Shown: one piece after another, positions 37,301 through 49,717 of the stretch
Numbering within the stretch: the stretch's first letter is position 1
Layout of the letters: each line of letters opens with the position of its first letter
Source: Puccinia triticina
Taxonomy: Eukaryota
Direction of reading: 5' to 3'
Length of the DNA stretch: 64,000 bases
Assembly: GCA_026914245.1 (NCBI GenBank)
Contig: CP110440.1
Span: 4,216,001 to 4,280,000 of the forward strand
Translations under genes and position numbers: made by a program
The notes under the pieces: generated by a model
Seen by the model: only the letters and a program-made list of their open reading frames with translations
What the model was told of the DNA's origin: nothing
Database searches by the model: none

Positions 37301-38505
37301 CATTGCCTTGTAGCAATTGAAGTACATGTCTGACTTCACTTGGTCACCGTCCCTCCCGGCTTTGAGAGCCGCCTCAAGCATGATTGCGACGAGTTTGTCT
37401 TTCCCTCTTTCAGCTGCGTCGGTGGGCTGGGATTGCCGCTCCACCGTCTCCGGAACATTGTCAACATCAATCACTGCTTCAAATGGAATCAGCAATCGCA
37501 TTGTTTTGTTCTTGACGGGCAGGTTTGTTTTTTGGCTTACTGTGTTTAGCCCCTATTGCTGCTGATAGTTGGCTGGTCTTGGGGTTGTTTGCTTCTTTCC
37601 CTGCCGTTTCTGGCGTCTTAGGGTTGCTCGCAGTGGGACCTCCTTTAGCTGTTTTCTTTGTAGATTTTGTCTTTTTTTGTGCTAGTGGGTTTCGCCGTGG
37701 CGTTTGGTTGGGGGTTGGATGGTGGATCGGAAGTCACTTGTGGCGGGGGATTTGCCTTTGCAGAGGGATCTGCGGCTTGGGAGCGGGTCAAGCGAGCCGT
37801 TACGTCAGCGTCATTGCTGGGGCTAACAGGGTTGGCTTCCTTCATGCTTGCCGAGAGATGGTCAAGATTCTGGGACATAGCTAGTGAGGTTACGAATAGA
37901 CAGAAGTTAAGCTATCACTCGGAAAACTAGTATTTGCGTATGAGGGGTAAAGATAGGGCCAGGGAAATAGGGGTCTGATGAGGGTAACCGGGGTCACGAG
38001 TGAGAATAGAAAGAAAAGATTTTTCTATTGCTGATCGCGATAGCCACTAGGAAGATTAAAGCCTTCTGGAGGCGACAAGGGGACAAGGGGCGGGGGAGAG
38101 TCCTGGGGGGACTATGCCGGCGGCTCTGGTCAGGGTATAAATACCCTTCCTTATCACTCCTTATCGGAGTAGCTTCCCCATTCGGCCAGGGCCTGTGGCT
38201 CAAGTCAGCCGACCTCGTCTGGATCCGGAAATACCGGTCACCCGGTCTGGCTATCTGTCACGACTAGACTCGGAAGGGCTGCTTACAGCTGGCCCTTTAG
38301 GATCGGGCTGAAACCCCAACCGGAGATGGGCACTCCGGCGACCGTAACGGGTCTCAGGAGGGCTCCTCTTTAGCCCCCCTGTGTCAGAGTTTCAGCTCCT
38401 TTGGCCAAACAGGCTAGTTCTGGGTGCGCCATCGTTTTAGGTCGGCCTGGCAGGGGTAGACGGTTACTTGGACAATACCAAACTCCCGCTGCGCTCCCGT
38501 ACAGA
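34330..38505 (-). mobile_element. DIRS/Ngaro-type (tyrosine-recombinase class) retrotransposon relic: gag-like ORF, RT, RNaseH; YR part deleted
   Basis: RTNPLGAVVNGDGS, FDWEKAYRQIP, DTRIAFGG, FRWVNN (degenerate YxDD), YIGFIW, LAGRLNH, RNaseH DASTSYGIG. Fragmented upstream gag-like ORFs at 36012-37878. Boundaries approximate. Confidence 0.8.
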
Positions 38506-38659
38506 TGACATTCTTCAGTTTTAAGCTAAGCATGTTTGGTCGTTCCGTACGAGTGGGTAGTTATAAAGCCGGCATCGTCCGTCGGTTCCTGCTTGTCTCA
38601 GACACCTCCGGGTTTCTCTACTGAGTCAGCATCCGTTGTTCTCAGTCATGGAGACAGGG

Positions 38660-38667
38660 TATAAAAA
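38660..38667 (+). promoter_or_regulatory. TATA box upstream of effector paralog B
   Basis: TATAAAAA about 135 bp upstream of ATG 38797. Homologous positions read TATCAAGA (11872) and TAGAAAAA (49042). Confidence 0.55.
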
Positions 38668-38796
38668 CACGCTGCCAATGTCGCTTTCCACATCAGCAAG
38701 ACACCACCGCACACATCTTCACTCCACCCTCGGAGAAAATCTTAGCGCCTGTGCTGATTCGAGCCTCAACCGGCTTAGCCTTGCACCATCTCGCAG

Positions 38797-39393
38797 ATGA
38801 AACTCTCCATTGCTGCCTACAGCCTTCTCATAGCTCTCATCCTCTTTGTCACAGTCGTCGCGTCGCAGGGCCGCATCCCCATCTGCCCCAATCATCCTTG
38901 CACAGTTGAAGGCACTAAGATTACACATCCTGACCTCCTTAAATTCATCGGAGCCAAACCTGTAGACACGTGTAGAGTAAATGGTTGCAGAACAAAAAGT
39001 CGGATCCCACAGTCGTATTATTTCTGCGAATCACCATCTTGTGCACTCAAGACACCAGAAGGCCTTCTTATTTACCTCGTATTCAGCCAAAACAAGTCGA
39101 AAGTCAAGGACTTACCTCACTGTAGCGCTCACCCAAACGCGAAAGTAATCATGGGCAACCTCATTCCGGCAAGCGTATGCGCCGACCCCGCCGCCGACCC
39201 CGCCGCCGACTCTGCGCAAGTCTTGGCCCGCCTCGAGCGACTCTTCCCCTCCCTCAGGTCCATCAGCGTAGGACAAGTCTCCACCACTCTGGCCAACCGC
39301 GGTTCCACCAGCGCAGGACAAGTCTCCACGACCCCGGCCAACCACGGTTCCACCAGCGCAGATCGAGCCCCGATATTGTACCAGTTCATATAG
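38797..39393 (+). CDS. Small secreted Cys-rich candidate effector, paralog B (198 aa)
   Basis: Signal peptide MKLSIAAYSLLIALILFVTVVAS, 8 Cys, ADPA and 15-aa GSTSA repeats, single exon. Confidence 0.88.
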   Translation: MKLSIAAYSLLIALILFVTVVASQGRIPICPNHPCTVEGTKITHPDLLKFIGAKPVDTCRVNGCRTKSRIPQSYYFCESPSCALKTPEGLLIYLVFSQNKSKVKDLPHCSAHPNAKVIMGNLIPASVCADPAADPAADSAQVLARLERLFPSLRSISVGQVSTTLANRGSTSAGQVSTTPANHGSTSADRAPILYQFI

Positions 39394-41299
39394 GAATCCG
39401 ACGAGGCGACGTCGCAATCAAGCCGCTGAGCTCTGGCGAATACTTCACATAATCACCCGCGACACAAACTTTTTGAAATCACTGTCAATTGTTATCTTTT
39501 GGCGGACGGAACGTGAATTCATGAGCCCATAGCATTCACATTTCCCTTGTTTCAACCTCTCTTCTGTGTTATCTCGTAGTCGACAAGCATAATTAGGCAT
39601 TATAATTACACCGAAGTCACGTGCATTGCAATTTTGGTCTCGTCATAACTCTCTCTATCAAACCTAGAAAATTATCATACCTTGAAACTCAGCATGTCCA
39701 GACCCTGATCTCTTCTATTTTGACCGTTATAATGATCATGCCTCCTTCTTTTGCGCTTAGTTGGCATTTCAAATGATCAAAAAAATCTATTTCTTTAGTC
39801 CTTCCATCTCCTTTGCTGAGAGTTGTGCATTTAAACCAAACATAAATTTCCCGCGACGTAACGCCTTGATCAGGGCATTCAAAAGGAAGTAGACGTGAGC
39901 ACAAAAAAGAAAACAGGACAGAAAAAATGGTTGATGAAACGATCTCTGAGCCCATAGACGAATGCTTTCATCCTTGATTGTTCAAGGTTCATACATTCAG
40001 ATTGTTTAGTTACCAGTGATTGTTGTCATACGTGGGTGAAGGACTAAGCACACAAGTGCAATCCATTCTACCGTGCTGGACATTCATCTTGAGTCTTTCG
40101 CCGTTGGCGGTCGCGTATTGCCTGGTTTGCTATCAGGTCCCTTCTTCTTTGGTGGAATTACTCTCCACTTGGTTTGACCCGGGTACTAGTAGACTCCTCC
40201 TCAAGTCATCCCGGTATGGGCTGGGGGGATTTAGCTCTTTCCTGTCCTCTCACTGCTCCTCTATCTGAGATAGAGCTTAGAACTCTTAGGGATTCCTCCT
40301 CCCAAGGTGAGGGTAGGAAATTTCTGAAAGAGAGATCTGGATGTCTCTCCTCGTAAAGCATCTCTCCTGGATAGAGTTAGGTCTTCCGCTCTTGCAGACG
40401 ACTCAAAGGCTGGAGCCCGCCAGGGCGGGCGGGTGGGGCGAAAATGTTCCTCTTTTGTCGCGGTTTGGCGGCGATCGATCGGTGTCGAGTCCGGTACGGT
40501 TTTATCGGGCGAACTATCTGGCTTCCGGCCCGGAGCTTTCTGCTGGCATCTCCCTCCCCTAAGGTATGCTGCGGCCGCACATCACTGCGTGTCATGCGCT
40601 ATCTCGGCCGCGCCTCCGCCTCAGGGCGGCGCGCTGCCGGTGGTAGCCTGGGAGTCATTGGGCGCGCCGCTCCATGGACCACGCCCCCATCCGCTGCGCT
40701 CCTGTAAAGATCCAGGAAGAAAAATAGCAGAGGGAGTGGCGCGCTAAGACTGCAGAAAAAACGGACGCAGGTGCCGAGGGCCCGACAGACCTCGCCGATC
40801 TTCTCGGAGGCCTCGACCAGCCCACACATCTTCGTCGTCGCGGGGAAGGCGGAGTAGCTCGAGGATTGGTGGCGCGGGGCTGTAAGCATGCAATTGGTGT
40901 AGCGGTAGACGGCGGGATAGACCCTGTGGGGGTGACCGAACTCGAGCACGTCGATCGCCTGCACATCGAAACTGCTGGCCAGCCGGCGTGTCCTCTTCAT
41001 TTCGGCACTGTGAAAGTAACTCGTCCAAGGATGGAAAGGATCAAAGAAGTAAAAAATCATAATTGGCATTGAGAAAAAACTCCACAAGAATAAAAAACAC
41101 TGATTGAAACATACATTCTCGTCATCTAGTATCCCACGCTCAACGGATCTGGATGAATCCGTCAATTCAGCCTGGAATATTGGACATGGCACCATGCCTT
41201 CCAATTGAAGGCTGCCAACGTTTGAGTCTCAGCAGGGGTTTTGGTTGAAGAAGCAGCCCCGGGAGCAACGGTGCGCGGGTACTGAGTCTTTGCCGCGAC

Positions 41300-41580
41300 A
41301 GCCTGGTCAACAAACCAGATGACAGGGTTTTGGGGGAGCTAGACTCGCGGTTCTGGCGGAGGAGGGCTCTTGGTCGAGGATGTCGTCGAGGTCTGTGTCT
41401 TTTCTCGGACCGGCACAGATGAAGACGAGCTCATGAAAGGCGTTCAGGACTGGCAGAATCATTGTGATCCAATAGGCTGGAGGCTGGGGAGAGTCGTTGC
41501 ACATGATCGCCTTGTCGTTCAGCAACTCGTGCGAGGGGAATAACAAGCAGATGTGTCTGTCAGGGCCCATAATCAATCCC
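41300..41580 (-). pseudogene. Decayed C-terminal fragment of 6-phosphogluconolactonase
   Basis: MGPDRHICLLFPSHELL...DSPQPPAYWITMILPVLNAFHELVFIC resembles the 6PGL consensus GMGPDGHTCSLFP...DSPKPPPERITLTLPVLN. Key residues mutated; N-terminus missing. Confidence 0.7.
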
Positions 41581-43422
41581 GGTCACTTTTGAGAAAGGGA
41601 GGTCCGGATATTGCTAAGCACCTGTGCAGGGAAATGTGGAAATGTTAGTCAGTTGGACGGATCTTGTGCTGATAAGCTCCGAAGTGACTAACCTTGGAGA
41701 TTGATGGAACTGGTTCCCTCAACTGCCGATACGCGGGTTGATGGCAAGAACAGCCAATCCAGAAAATCTTTGATCCGAGGGCGGTAGAGCGTTTGATCAT
41801 AGGCGGACGAGTCAAGGAGGCGGGCCCCGGGCAATTGTTTTCATTCATAAACGAAGAAGTAAAAAATAAAATCAAAACTTTGATTGCATGATGGTGAAGG
41901 AGGGAAGAAAAAAGAGGGATGGTTGAAACGGACTTGGTGATATTGGGATTGCATCGGTTCTCATGCCCGAGGTTGCATCGAGGAGGCCGAGATTGTATCA
42001 GCAAAGGCCGAGGCTGTCTCGACCACGGACACGTTCGCATCGAGCAAAAGTACTTTTGTGTTGACCAAGGCCGGTGTTGCATCGTACAACACCGGCAAAG
42101 TATTGCGCACGCCGATCCAAAAGCGCGCCAGGCGGTTTTGGGTCAACTGTTGCGTCGCGGTTGGCCGATTTAAGATCGCATTGATGCATCGGTAGCCCTT
42201 TGAGTCGGTTGGCAACCCGGTCGACACAGCATCGAGCGGGGGTTGCATCGGTGGGGGATCCGCCGAGATAACATCGACCGGGATCCTTTTCAAAGTAACA
42301 TCCGTTCAAAGTGTCCGACATGAGCGCGGATACAGACAAATTGTATCTGCTTGGGTGCCAACGTAATGAATTGCGTCGGCCCGACCTCCCTGACCCCACC
42401 CAAATTTTTGGGCGACCAACCTAATGTCTCATAGCGGGATATATCGGGGTTTCTCGTCGGCGTATCTTCTGACAGCAGGCCTAGAGAATGCCTGCTGTCA
42501 GCGTATCTTCCAACAGCGGGCCTACGGAAAGGCAGCTGTCGGCGTATCTTCTGACAGCGGCCCTGCCAAATGGCTGCCGTCGGCGTATCTTGCGACAGCG
42601 GGCCTACGGAAGGGCAGATGCTTCGCATCGGGGTGCTCCGCACCCCAGTCCCGGGAGTACGGTGGACCTGGCCCGACATTGGTTGTGCCACCCAAAACGA
42701 AAACAAAAAATGATTTCTGACACTCGTGTCAGATGCATACGCGGAGTGCAGGCTGCCGTAAACAGATACTGCAGTCTGAACCACGTCCACAACCTTCTCG
42801 GGTTCAAAGGGCATGCCCCCCGACCCTTCCGCCCAGAACAAGCCCATGAACTACGGGCCAGGCCCGCTGATCAGGACCGCGCACACTCCGCACTGAGTCG
42901 GACCAGACCTCGGATTGGCCGCCGGTCCCATAAAAATAAATATGTACATAGACCGTGCGGAATACGACAGCATTCCCTCTATGGCCGCGCTACCGTGGCA
43001 CTGCAGCGAAGTTGCGCTTCCCCGAGTCATTCACTCACGCCAACACCGTCGAAAAACGCAAACAACCAATCGGCCTATTTATGTCTTTTTGAGTAGTTCT
43101 TGGTCTTCCTCCTTGGGCAACCATGTCCGACAAGAGGTCGAACAACCATGCCTGAGATGATGAACTAGTACACATGTAGACAGGCCCGTTAGACAAGACC
43201 TTACCTCGGAACGCAGCGCCTGAGAAGACAGTCAGCGAACCAACCCATTCCCAAATCAACATTGGTTCATGGACTGACTGCCTCGCCAGAGCATTCAGAT
43301 TCCCCGAGTGGTAGTTCTTTTTCTTCTCTGCCCAGTCCAGCCCAAATATTCCCTGGGCAATGACTGATCCAGGAGAAATACAGTTAAAATCTATATACAA
43401 GAATAAGAATCCAGGGTGTAAA

Positions 43423-45970
43423 CTAAATTTGTGGGGTGGAGTAATGTTCAGAAGATGAGTTGTTATTGTAATCTACAGGCAAATTTGCTTGAATATATGG
43501 GAGCATTTGATCAAATATGGGCCAGACAGCTCCTGGTGGAATTTCATCAAAATTGAACTCAAGCTCTTGCATTACCAGAGTTGCTAATTCATGAAACCAG
43601 TCAGGTGTGTGAGTGAACATTGGCTGAATGTCAGGATAATCATTTTCCAGGATAAAACTGACTGTTTCCTTGGGTACATGGATGATTTGATTAGATGCAC
43701 CAAAGTGTTCAGGGGTGGAGTATGAGAAGTTTGGGGAGCAGGATGTTGGAAGCTCAGTAAACTTGTCCTTCTGTTTCCTTGAAGCATTGTATATTTTCAC
43801 CCAGCAGTTGAAACTTTTTTGAAAAACTGGCATCCAAAGGAACAGGAACAGGAGTCTAATGTGGCATAAGTTAGATTAAACCAAGAAATAATGGGTATTG
43901 AATGAAGAATTTACCTTTGGATTTTATCTTCCTGGTCATATCTACCAGCCTCCAGTTGTGTCAAAATGTTATCAATTAGTGTTTGGTTGTGTTCCTTCAT
44001 CATCCTTGACCATAGGGACTTGATTTTTTGATTGTGGGTGGATTTGGTATAGTGCATATGTGTCTGGGCTTCTTCAAAGGTGATTCCAGCATATCTTTGG
44101 GTGAGTTGTATCATGTGGGTGGCCATATCTGGTGTTTCTGTTCCACTGTCTGTTGTTAATTTGAGAGGAACTCCACCAGCATTTGCCTCAAGTTGTAGGA
44201 AGTATGTGTCAATATTCTTTGGATCATTGTTGGTAACATCAGCATACATTCCTAGTATCTTCCTGGACCAAGCATCAATGAAGCCATAAACGGTGTGGTG
44301 ATTTCTATAGGCAAGCGTGGTAGAATGCCCACTTGGGGATAGCGCGGGCAGGAATGCACAGAGCGGTTCAGGCAGAGTGCATTCCGGTGACATAAGCACT
44401 GAGGATGATGTCAGGAAAGCGCGCTAAGAAAGCTTACGGAAAGTCACACGCGGACCGGAAATGCACGGATTGCGGATCACGGATTTCGGATTGGGTATTC
44501 AGATTGGAGCGGAAAAGACAGGGCTGGACTGCGGCAGATTACACACGTGGAATGATAGCAGCGGCGCGTCAGCGGGTGAGCCACGACAGCCAAAGCGGGT
44601 TCCACCAGCGGGTGGAGGCGGTGACAAGAGACCAACTGGTGGGGGCTAGACAGAGGACGGTGAGAGATCAAGCGTTGGAGAGGAGCGGAGTCTGGGAAAG
44701 TGACGTGCGGAATAGCGGGCAGAGCTGGGGGGACTAGGGCGGGAAAGTGTCAGGCGTGCGGGATCGGGTTGGAACGGCAATGTGCGTGGAGGGAAGGATG
44801 GGAAACGGGGGGGCTCATGGATTTCTCTTCCTTCCTCATCCTATTATCCTATCATCTTACGGATTACGGAGTATTGTACTTACACACTTACGGACGTACT
44901 AGAGTTATTGGAAGACTATTTGTGACCTTATCTTTCTTACACAAGTATTTCCGGATTCTGTGCCTACAAAGTGCGGAGCTTTATTCACTTGCGGATTATT
45001 ACACTATAGATCAGGCTCAGAGAGGAGCGCTGAAGGCTAGCGGATAGTAGCAGTGCGGAGCCGAGTTACCAACAATCACACAGCCTGGACACTAATATTC
45101 TTGAAGGAAGCGGTCAGAGGACATTTCCACCGACTAACCAGCTTTCATTCTCACAATGGTGATTCCATATGGCTCCAACTTGTCATGTCCATCGGCTTAC
45201 CAAATGTGGTTTGGACCATGTGTTTGGAAAATTTGATGTTTGCAAGCATGGCAGAGCCGGTCAGCCATTCCTTGTGGATCAAGTTCAGACAAAATTTGAT
45301 ATACAACAAGTCTATATTGTGAGAGAAGATGGATTGTTAATATTTCTAATTCAGGGAGATTGTAGGAAGAGAGAGAATTGAGAACCAACCTGGGTACATG
45401 GGTTTGGTATTCTTGCTTCAGAATGTTTTTCATTCTCCTATATCCAGCTGATATGGCCAGTAATTGTGTTCTTGCATGTTCTATAAGGCATTTAACTTCT
45501 TCCCAGGTGACCTTTCCATCTGCAATATCATTCCTTCTCTGCTTCAAATCTAGTATAGCCAAGTATCTCTCCACTGTGCGCTGACACACTTTTTTACCTA
45601 TTTCAATGATAAGGCAAGAGTGAATTTCTGCAACAGTGAATCCTTGTTGGTGGGAAGAGAGTAGGGATGCTTGGATTTGTGGGAGAAGAGTAGAAGAGGT
45701 TGATGGTTTAGGGAGGTCACAATTTTGTAGTCCCCATTCAGCTTGCTTGCGGTTGAGTGTCCTCAGTCCTATCTTGTATCCACAATCTTCTTGAAGGAAC
45801 CTGTGGATCTCTTTGCCAGTTTTTTGTTGAGATACCAAAGATGCAATAACCTCCTTGACATCCTCCTTGGAAAGTACCTGGGGGAAATCTGAGCGGTCTG
45901 GATAGCTGATGGTGGAATCATCTGAAGAGGAATCTTCATTGAAATGATTGGAGGATAGAGAGGATCACAT
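43423..45970 (-). pseudogene. IS3EU integrase-core (DDE) transposase, spliced, interrupted by a solo LTR
   Basis: GPNHIW*ADGHDKL..YGITIYGFIDAWSRKILG...TNNDP...TDSGTE...STHNQKIKSLW. Confidence 0.8.
44294..45155. mobile_element. Solo LTR (862 bp) in the IS3EU transposase
   Basis: TGTGGT...TCACA termini, 4-bp TSD ACGG/ATGG; removal restores the GIT(I/V)YGF frame. Confidence 0.85.
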
Positions 45971-47864
45971 GGTGAGGGATTGGTGGGATGCTGGCTTTGT
46001 AAATGTTCAAGGAGGTGATAGTATTATATCTGGAAGTGTGGGGATGATGGTTTCCGATGGAATATAACTGGTGTGTGGGAATGTGGTTTGATGGAAGGGT
46101 TTTAATGAAATTGATTGGTGGATGTTGTTTGATCTTTGATGTTGATTCCTACGACCAAAAACAGAAAGCAAGAGGAAGTAGATGTTAATAAAACAGAAAA
46201 CATCAATGAATTAAAAATTAAATATAACCAACCCTTCAAGATATGTATATCAATGGACAGGCAGCTGAAAGTAGTGAGGACAATGGACTAAAGGCAAGGG
46301 CTGATAGTAATGAAGATTGTGATCAGTTGGTCAATTTATGAATGTAGATGATGAGACTGAAAAAAATAACGACAAACTTTATTGGCTATAGATATCTTAT
46401 TGTATCAAAGGAGATAATAAGAAATGTCAAGGATCTAAGAAGTGAAGACTGAGAAATATTCAGAAGGGGAGATGGTTAGTTTGATGAGTTTTTAAAGGTT
46501 TTTGGGGAAGAGGAAACCAGAAAAGAAATGCATTGATGATCATTTCTCACCAAGTTGGAATCCAAATAAGGTGGTCCAATGTTGGCAGGTTGAGCAAAAC
46601 TTGTTGATTGAGGAAGTTAGATTCCAGTTGGTAGAGGTTTAGATCAGAAAGATGAACAGTTGAGTGAAATGAAGATGAGTTATTGAGCAAGGAAAATAAG
46701 GGGAGGAATTGTTGTGTGAGGGTTCTTTGAGTGGTGATTGTATTAGCTAGAGTAGCAAGCTGAGTATTGGTTTGGCTAGCAGGATGAAAGGAATATGTAA
46801 GGCCAGATCAAGTGAGAGGATGAAGGAATAATATTTCCAACTGCAGCTTCCTTTTATAAGAGATATGAGATTGTCTATATTAGCAAGTGGTCTGTTTCAT
46901 TTGAACATGCCCAGCCCAAATTTTGATATTGGAAACAATATTTATCAATACAAGGTTGGTTTTGCTCAGGCAACCACCTGGTCTGGTTGGTGTCCCACCA
47001 AGGGCTGTGAGTTGTGGGGTTACTCCTGGTTGAGCTTGTTGACCAGTCCAATTCATTTATTGACTTAAATAGTCCAAGTCCTGGGCAATAGAATGTGCTG
47101 GTTTATGCTGGGGCTTCTCATGGACACCTTGGCCACCAAGTTGTCTGGTGACCATGCTGATGATAGCTACATACCCGCAAATCCCACCTTGAGCGCCGGT
47201 TCAGCGGCAAGCCTACTTACTTCGAGCCCGGCACGGATGCCTGCGACGACACAAACTCGCAGAGCGACTTCATCGTGGCTATGAATCAAGCACAGGTCTG
47301 CTGCCGTTTTGCTTTCCCTTGCACCCCTGGCTTGTCAAGAATACTGAACTTTTCTCTCTCTTTCTCGGAATAGTGCGAGGGCGGCTTGCCGTGTCATAAG
47401 ACGGTCTCCATAACCATCACATTCCTTGGTCGTTTACGTTTTTTGATGGTGTTGACGTGAGTCAATGATTCGGGAATACATATGTAAGGCAAGAGTGGTG
47501 GGTGGAGAGCGCAACTTCGCTGCAGTGCCACGGTAGCGTTGCCATAGAGGGAATGCTGTCTATGTACATATTTATTTTTATGGGACCGGCGGCCGATCCG
47601 AGGTCTGGTCCGACTCAGTGCGGAGTGTGCGCGGTCCTGATCAGCGGGCCTGGCCCGGAGTTCATGGGCTTGTTCTGGGTGGAAGGGTCGGGGGGCATGC
47701 CCTTCGAACCCGAGAAGGTTGTGATCGTGGTTCAGACTGCAGTATCTATTTACGGCAGCCTGTACTCCGCATATGCATCTGACACGAGTGTCAGAAATCA
47801 TTTTTTGTTTTCGTTTTGGGTGGCACAACCAATGTCGGGCCAGGTCCACCGTACGGGAGGCTTA

Positions 47865-48646
47865 GGCCCCAATTATAAACAAATATTCGAGTTTTATTTT
47901 GAAACTATTCGAAAAGAAATTTGAAACAAAAATGAAATCAATATGAAAGATTTTTGATTTCAAAAATCTCTCGGAAAAACTTCAAACAACAGGGTGCACA
48001 TATAAACAATTGTGCATCCCTGAGCAAGTAGCCTGCCGGAGTGGGCAGGCAGGGGCGAGATGTCTGTGACACGGGCAAGCTGGTTAGAATACAGCTTGCC
48101 TGTTCAGCCTTGGCTGTCTGAACCAAAAAAGAACCCGCACACCTCGCCACACCTCGCCACACCTCGCCAGGCCAACACGCACGCGCGGCCGGCTCCATGG
48201 ACGTTTGGATCATCTGCGGCGAGATCGTAGCCGTATTGACGAGCGTTTTGTCCCGTGGTCCCGCCGCCAAGGGCAGGATCATATTGCCCCTGGTGGTCCC
48301 GGGCTTCCTGGAGGTGTTCGTAAGGGTAGTGGTACTGCAGCAGCAGTTTTTTTCATGTGCCAGCCAACCCCCGCCCGGCGAACTCCGCCAACCATACAGC
48401 CATTAAATGGGGGGGGGGGGTCTGAGGCACCAGTGGCCTGGCAATCATACAGGCATACTGCCTGTTCAAAATTTTGATTCCACAAATTTTGAGATTCTGG
48501 AATCTCAAACACCCCTCCCGGGTGTGTTTGAAGAGTTTTGGGATTATTTTGAAATGAAAAGAACTCAAAACAAAGTTGGTTTTGATTTCAAAACGATTTC
48601 AAAATAATCTCAAAATAATCTCAAAATTGCGTTTATAATTGGGGCC
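47865..48646. mobile_element. PIF/Harbinger (Tourist-like) MITE
   Basis: TIR GGCCCCAATTATAAAC, TTA TSD on both sides. Confidence 0.88.
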
Positions 48647-49180
48647 TTAGTTAAGTCAGGACACCCTTGCGTTTGGGGCTAAAGCCCGTTTGGTTGTTCC
48701 ATAGCAGTGAAGCTGGTAAGGTGGTGATGAGTTACATATAGTAGTATGTAGTAATTCCTATGGAGTCGCCGATAAGTACAGCCGGGTGCGCTCGGCTACA
48801 GTCTTCACGACACGCTCACAACTTTTACCTCCGCCCTCCAGGATGAGTGGGCATCTGGAATTTCTTCCATGTTGTAGTGGTTCTTCAGTTTGAAGCTAAG
48901 CCTGTTGTTTGGTCATACCAGTGGGTAGTGAAACCGGCATCGTCCGTCGGGCCCTGCTTGTCCTTGCTTGTCTCAGACACCTGGGTTTCTCTACTGAGTC
49001 AGCATCGCTGTTCTCATGTCTTGCTAGTCATGGATGCAGGGTAGAAAAACACGCCGCCAATGTCGCTTTCCACATAAGCAAGACACCATACACATCTGCA
49101 TTCCACCATCGAAGAAAATCTTAGCGCCAGGCCGAAGCTGATTCGATCCTCAACCGGCTTAACCTTGCACCATCTCGCAG

Positions 49181-49717
49181 ATGAAACTCTCCATTGCTGC
49201 CCACGGCCTTCTGATGGCTCTCATACTCTCTCTTACAGTTGTCGTGTCGCCAGCCCGCCTCCCCATCTGCCCTAACTATTCTTGCAAATCCCTATGCGGT
49301 TTGGTTGCACAAGATGCCCTCATTAGTATCGTCCAAGCCAAAAATGAAGACTTGTGTAAAGTAACTGGTTGCACACTACGGACTCCGATCCAACAGTCGT
49401 ATTATTACTGCCCAGCATGTGTAATCATAACACCAGAGGGCTCTTTTCACCTCGTATTCAGCCTAAACAAAAAAATCTACGACGGCTCACCGCAGTGCAA
49501 GCACGCAGGGAAAAAAATAATCATGGGCTACTACAAACTCTTCGCAGAAAGCCAATCCGCCGACCCCGCGCAACTCTTGGCCCACCCCGGGTCCACCAGC
49601 GCCGAACAAGTTCCCACGAACCCAACCAACCGCGGTTCCACCAGCGCAGATCAAGTCCCGACATATTACCAGTTCATGTTGGAATCCGACGAGGCGACAT
49701 CACAATCAAGCCGTTGA
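49181..49717 (+). CDS. Small secreted Cys-rich candidate effector, paralog C (178 aa, full tail)
   Basis: Signal peptide MKLSIAAHGLLMALILSLTVVVS, 8 Cys, GSTSA repeats, ends ESDEATSQSSR. Confidence 0.88.
   Translation: MKLSIAAHGLLMALILSLTVVVSPARLPICPNYSCKSLCGLVAQDALISIVQAKNEDLCKVTGCTLRTPIQQSYYYCPACVIITPEGSFHLVFSLNKKIYDGSPQCKHAGKKIIMGYYKLFAESQSADPAQLLAHPGSTSAEQVPTNPTNRGSTSADQVPTYYQFMLESDEATSQSSR

Larger units (their letters stand above)
42658..47853 (-). mobile_element. IS3EU-type DNA transposon with about 410-bp TIRs
   Basis: TACGG...CCGTA termini, perfect 6-bp TSD CGGGAG (42652-57 and 47854-59), long TIRs at 42658 to about 43070 and about 47425 to 47853, integrase-core transposase inside. 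Confidence 0.88.

Noticed and set aside
40045..40065. CAA-GTG-CAA as a CACTA excision footprint in unit B
   Set aside because: Same length as the reconstructed empty site in A (CAA-ACA-CAA) and explainable by three transitions.
42488..43096. Paired similar ORFs 42488-43096 (+) and 47394-47849 (-)
   Set aside because: They are translations of the IS3EU terminal inverted repeats.
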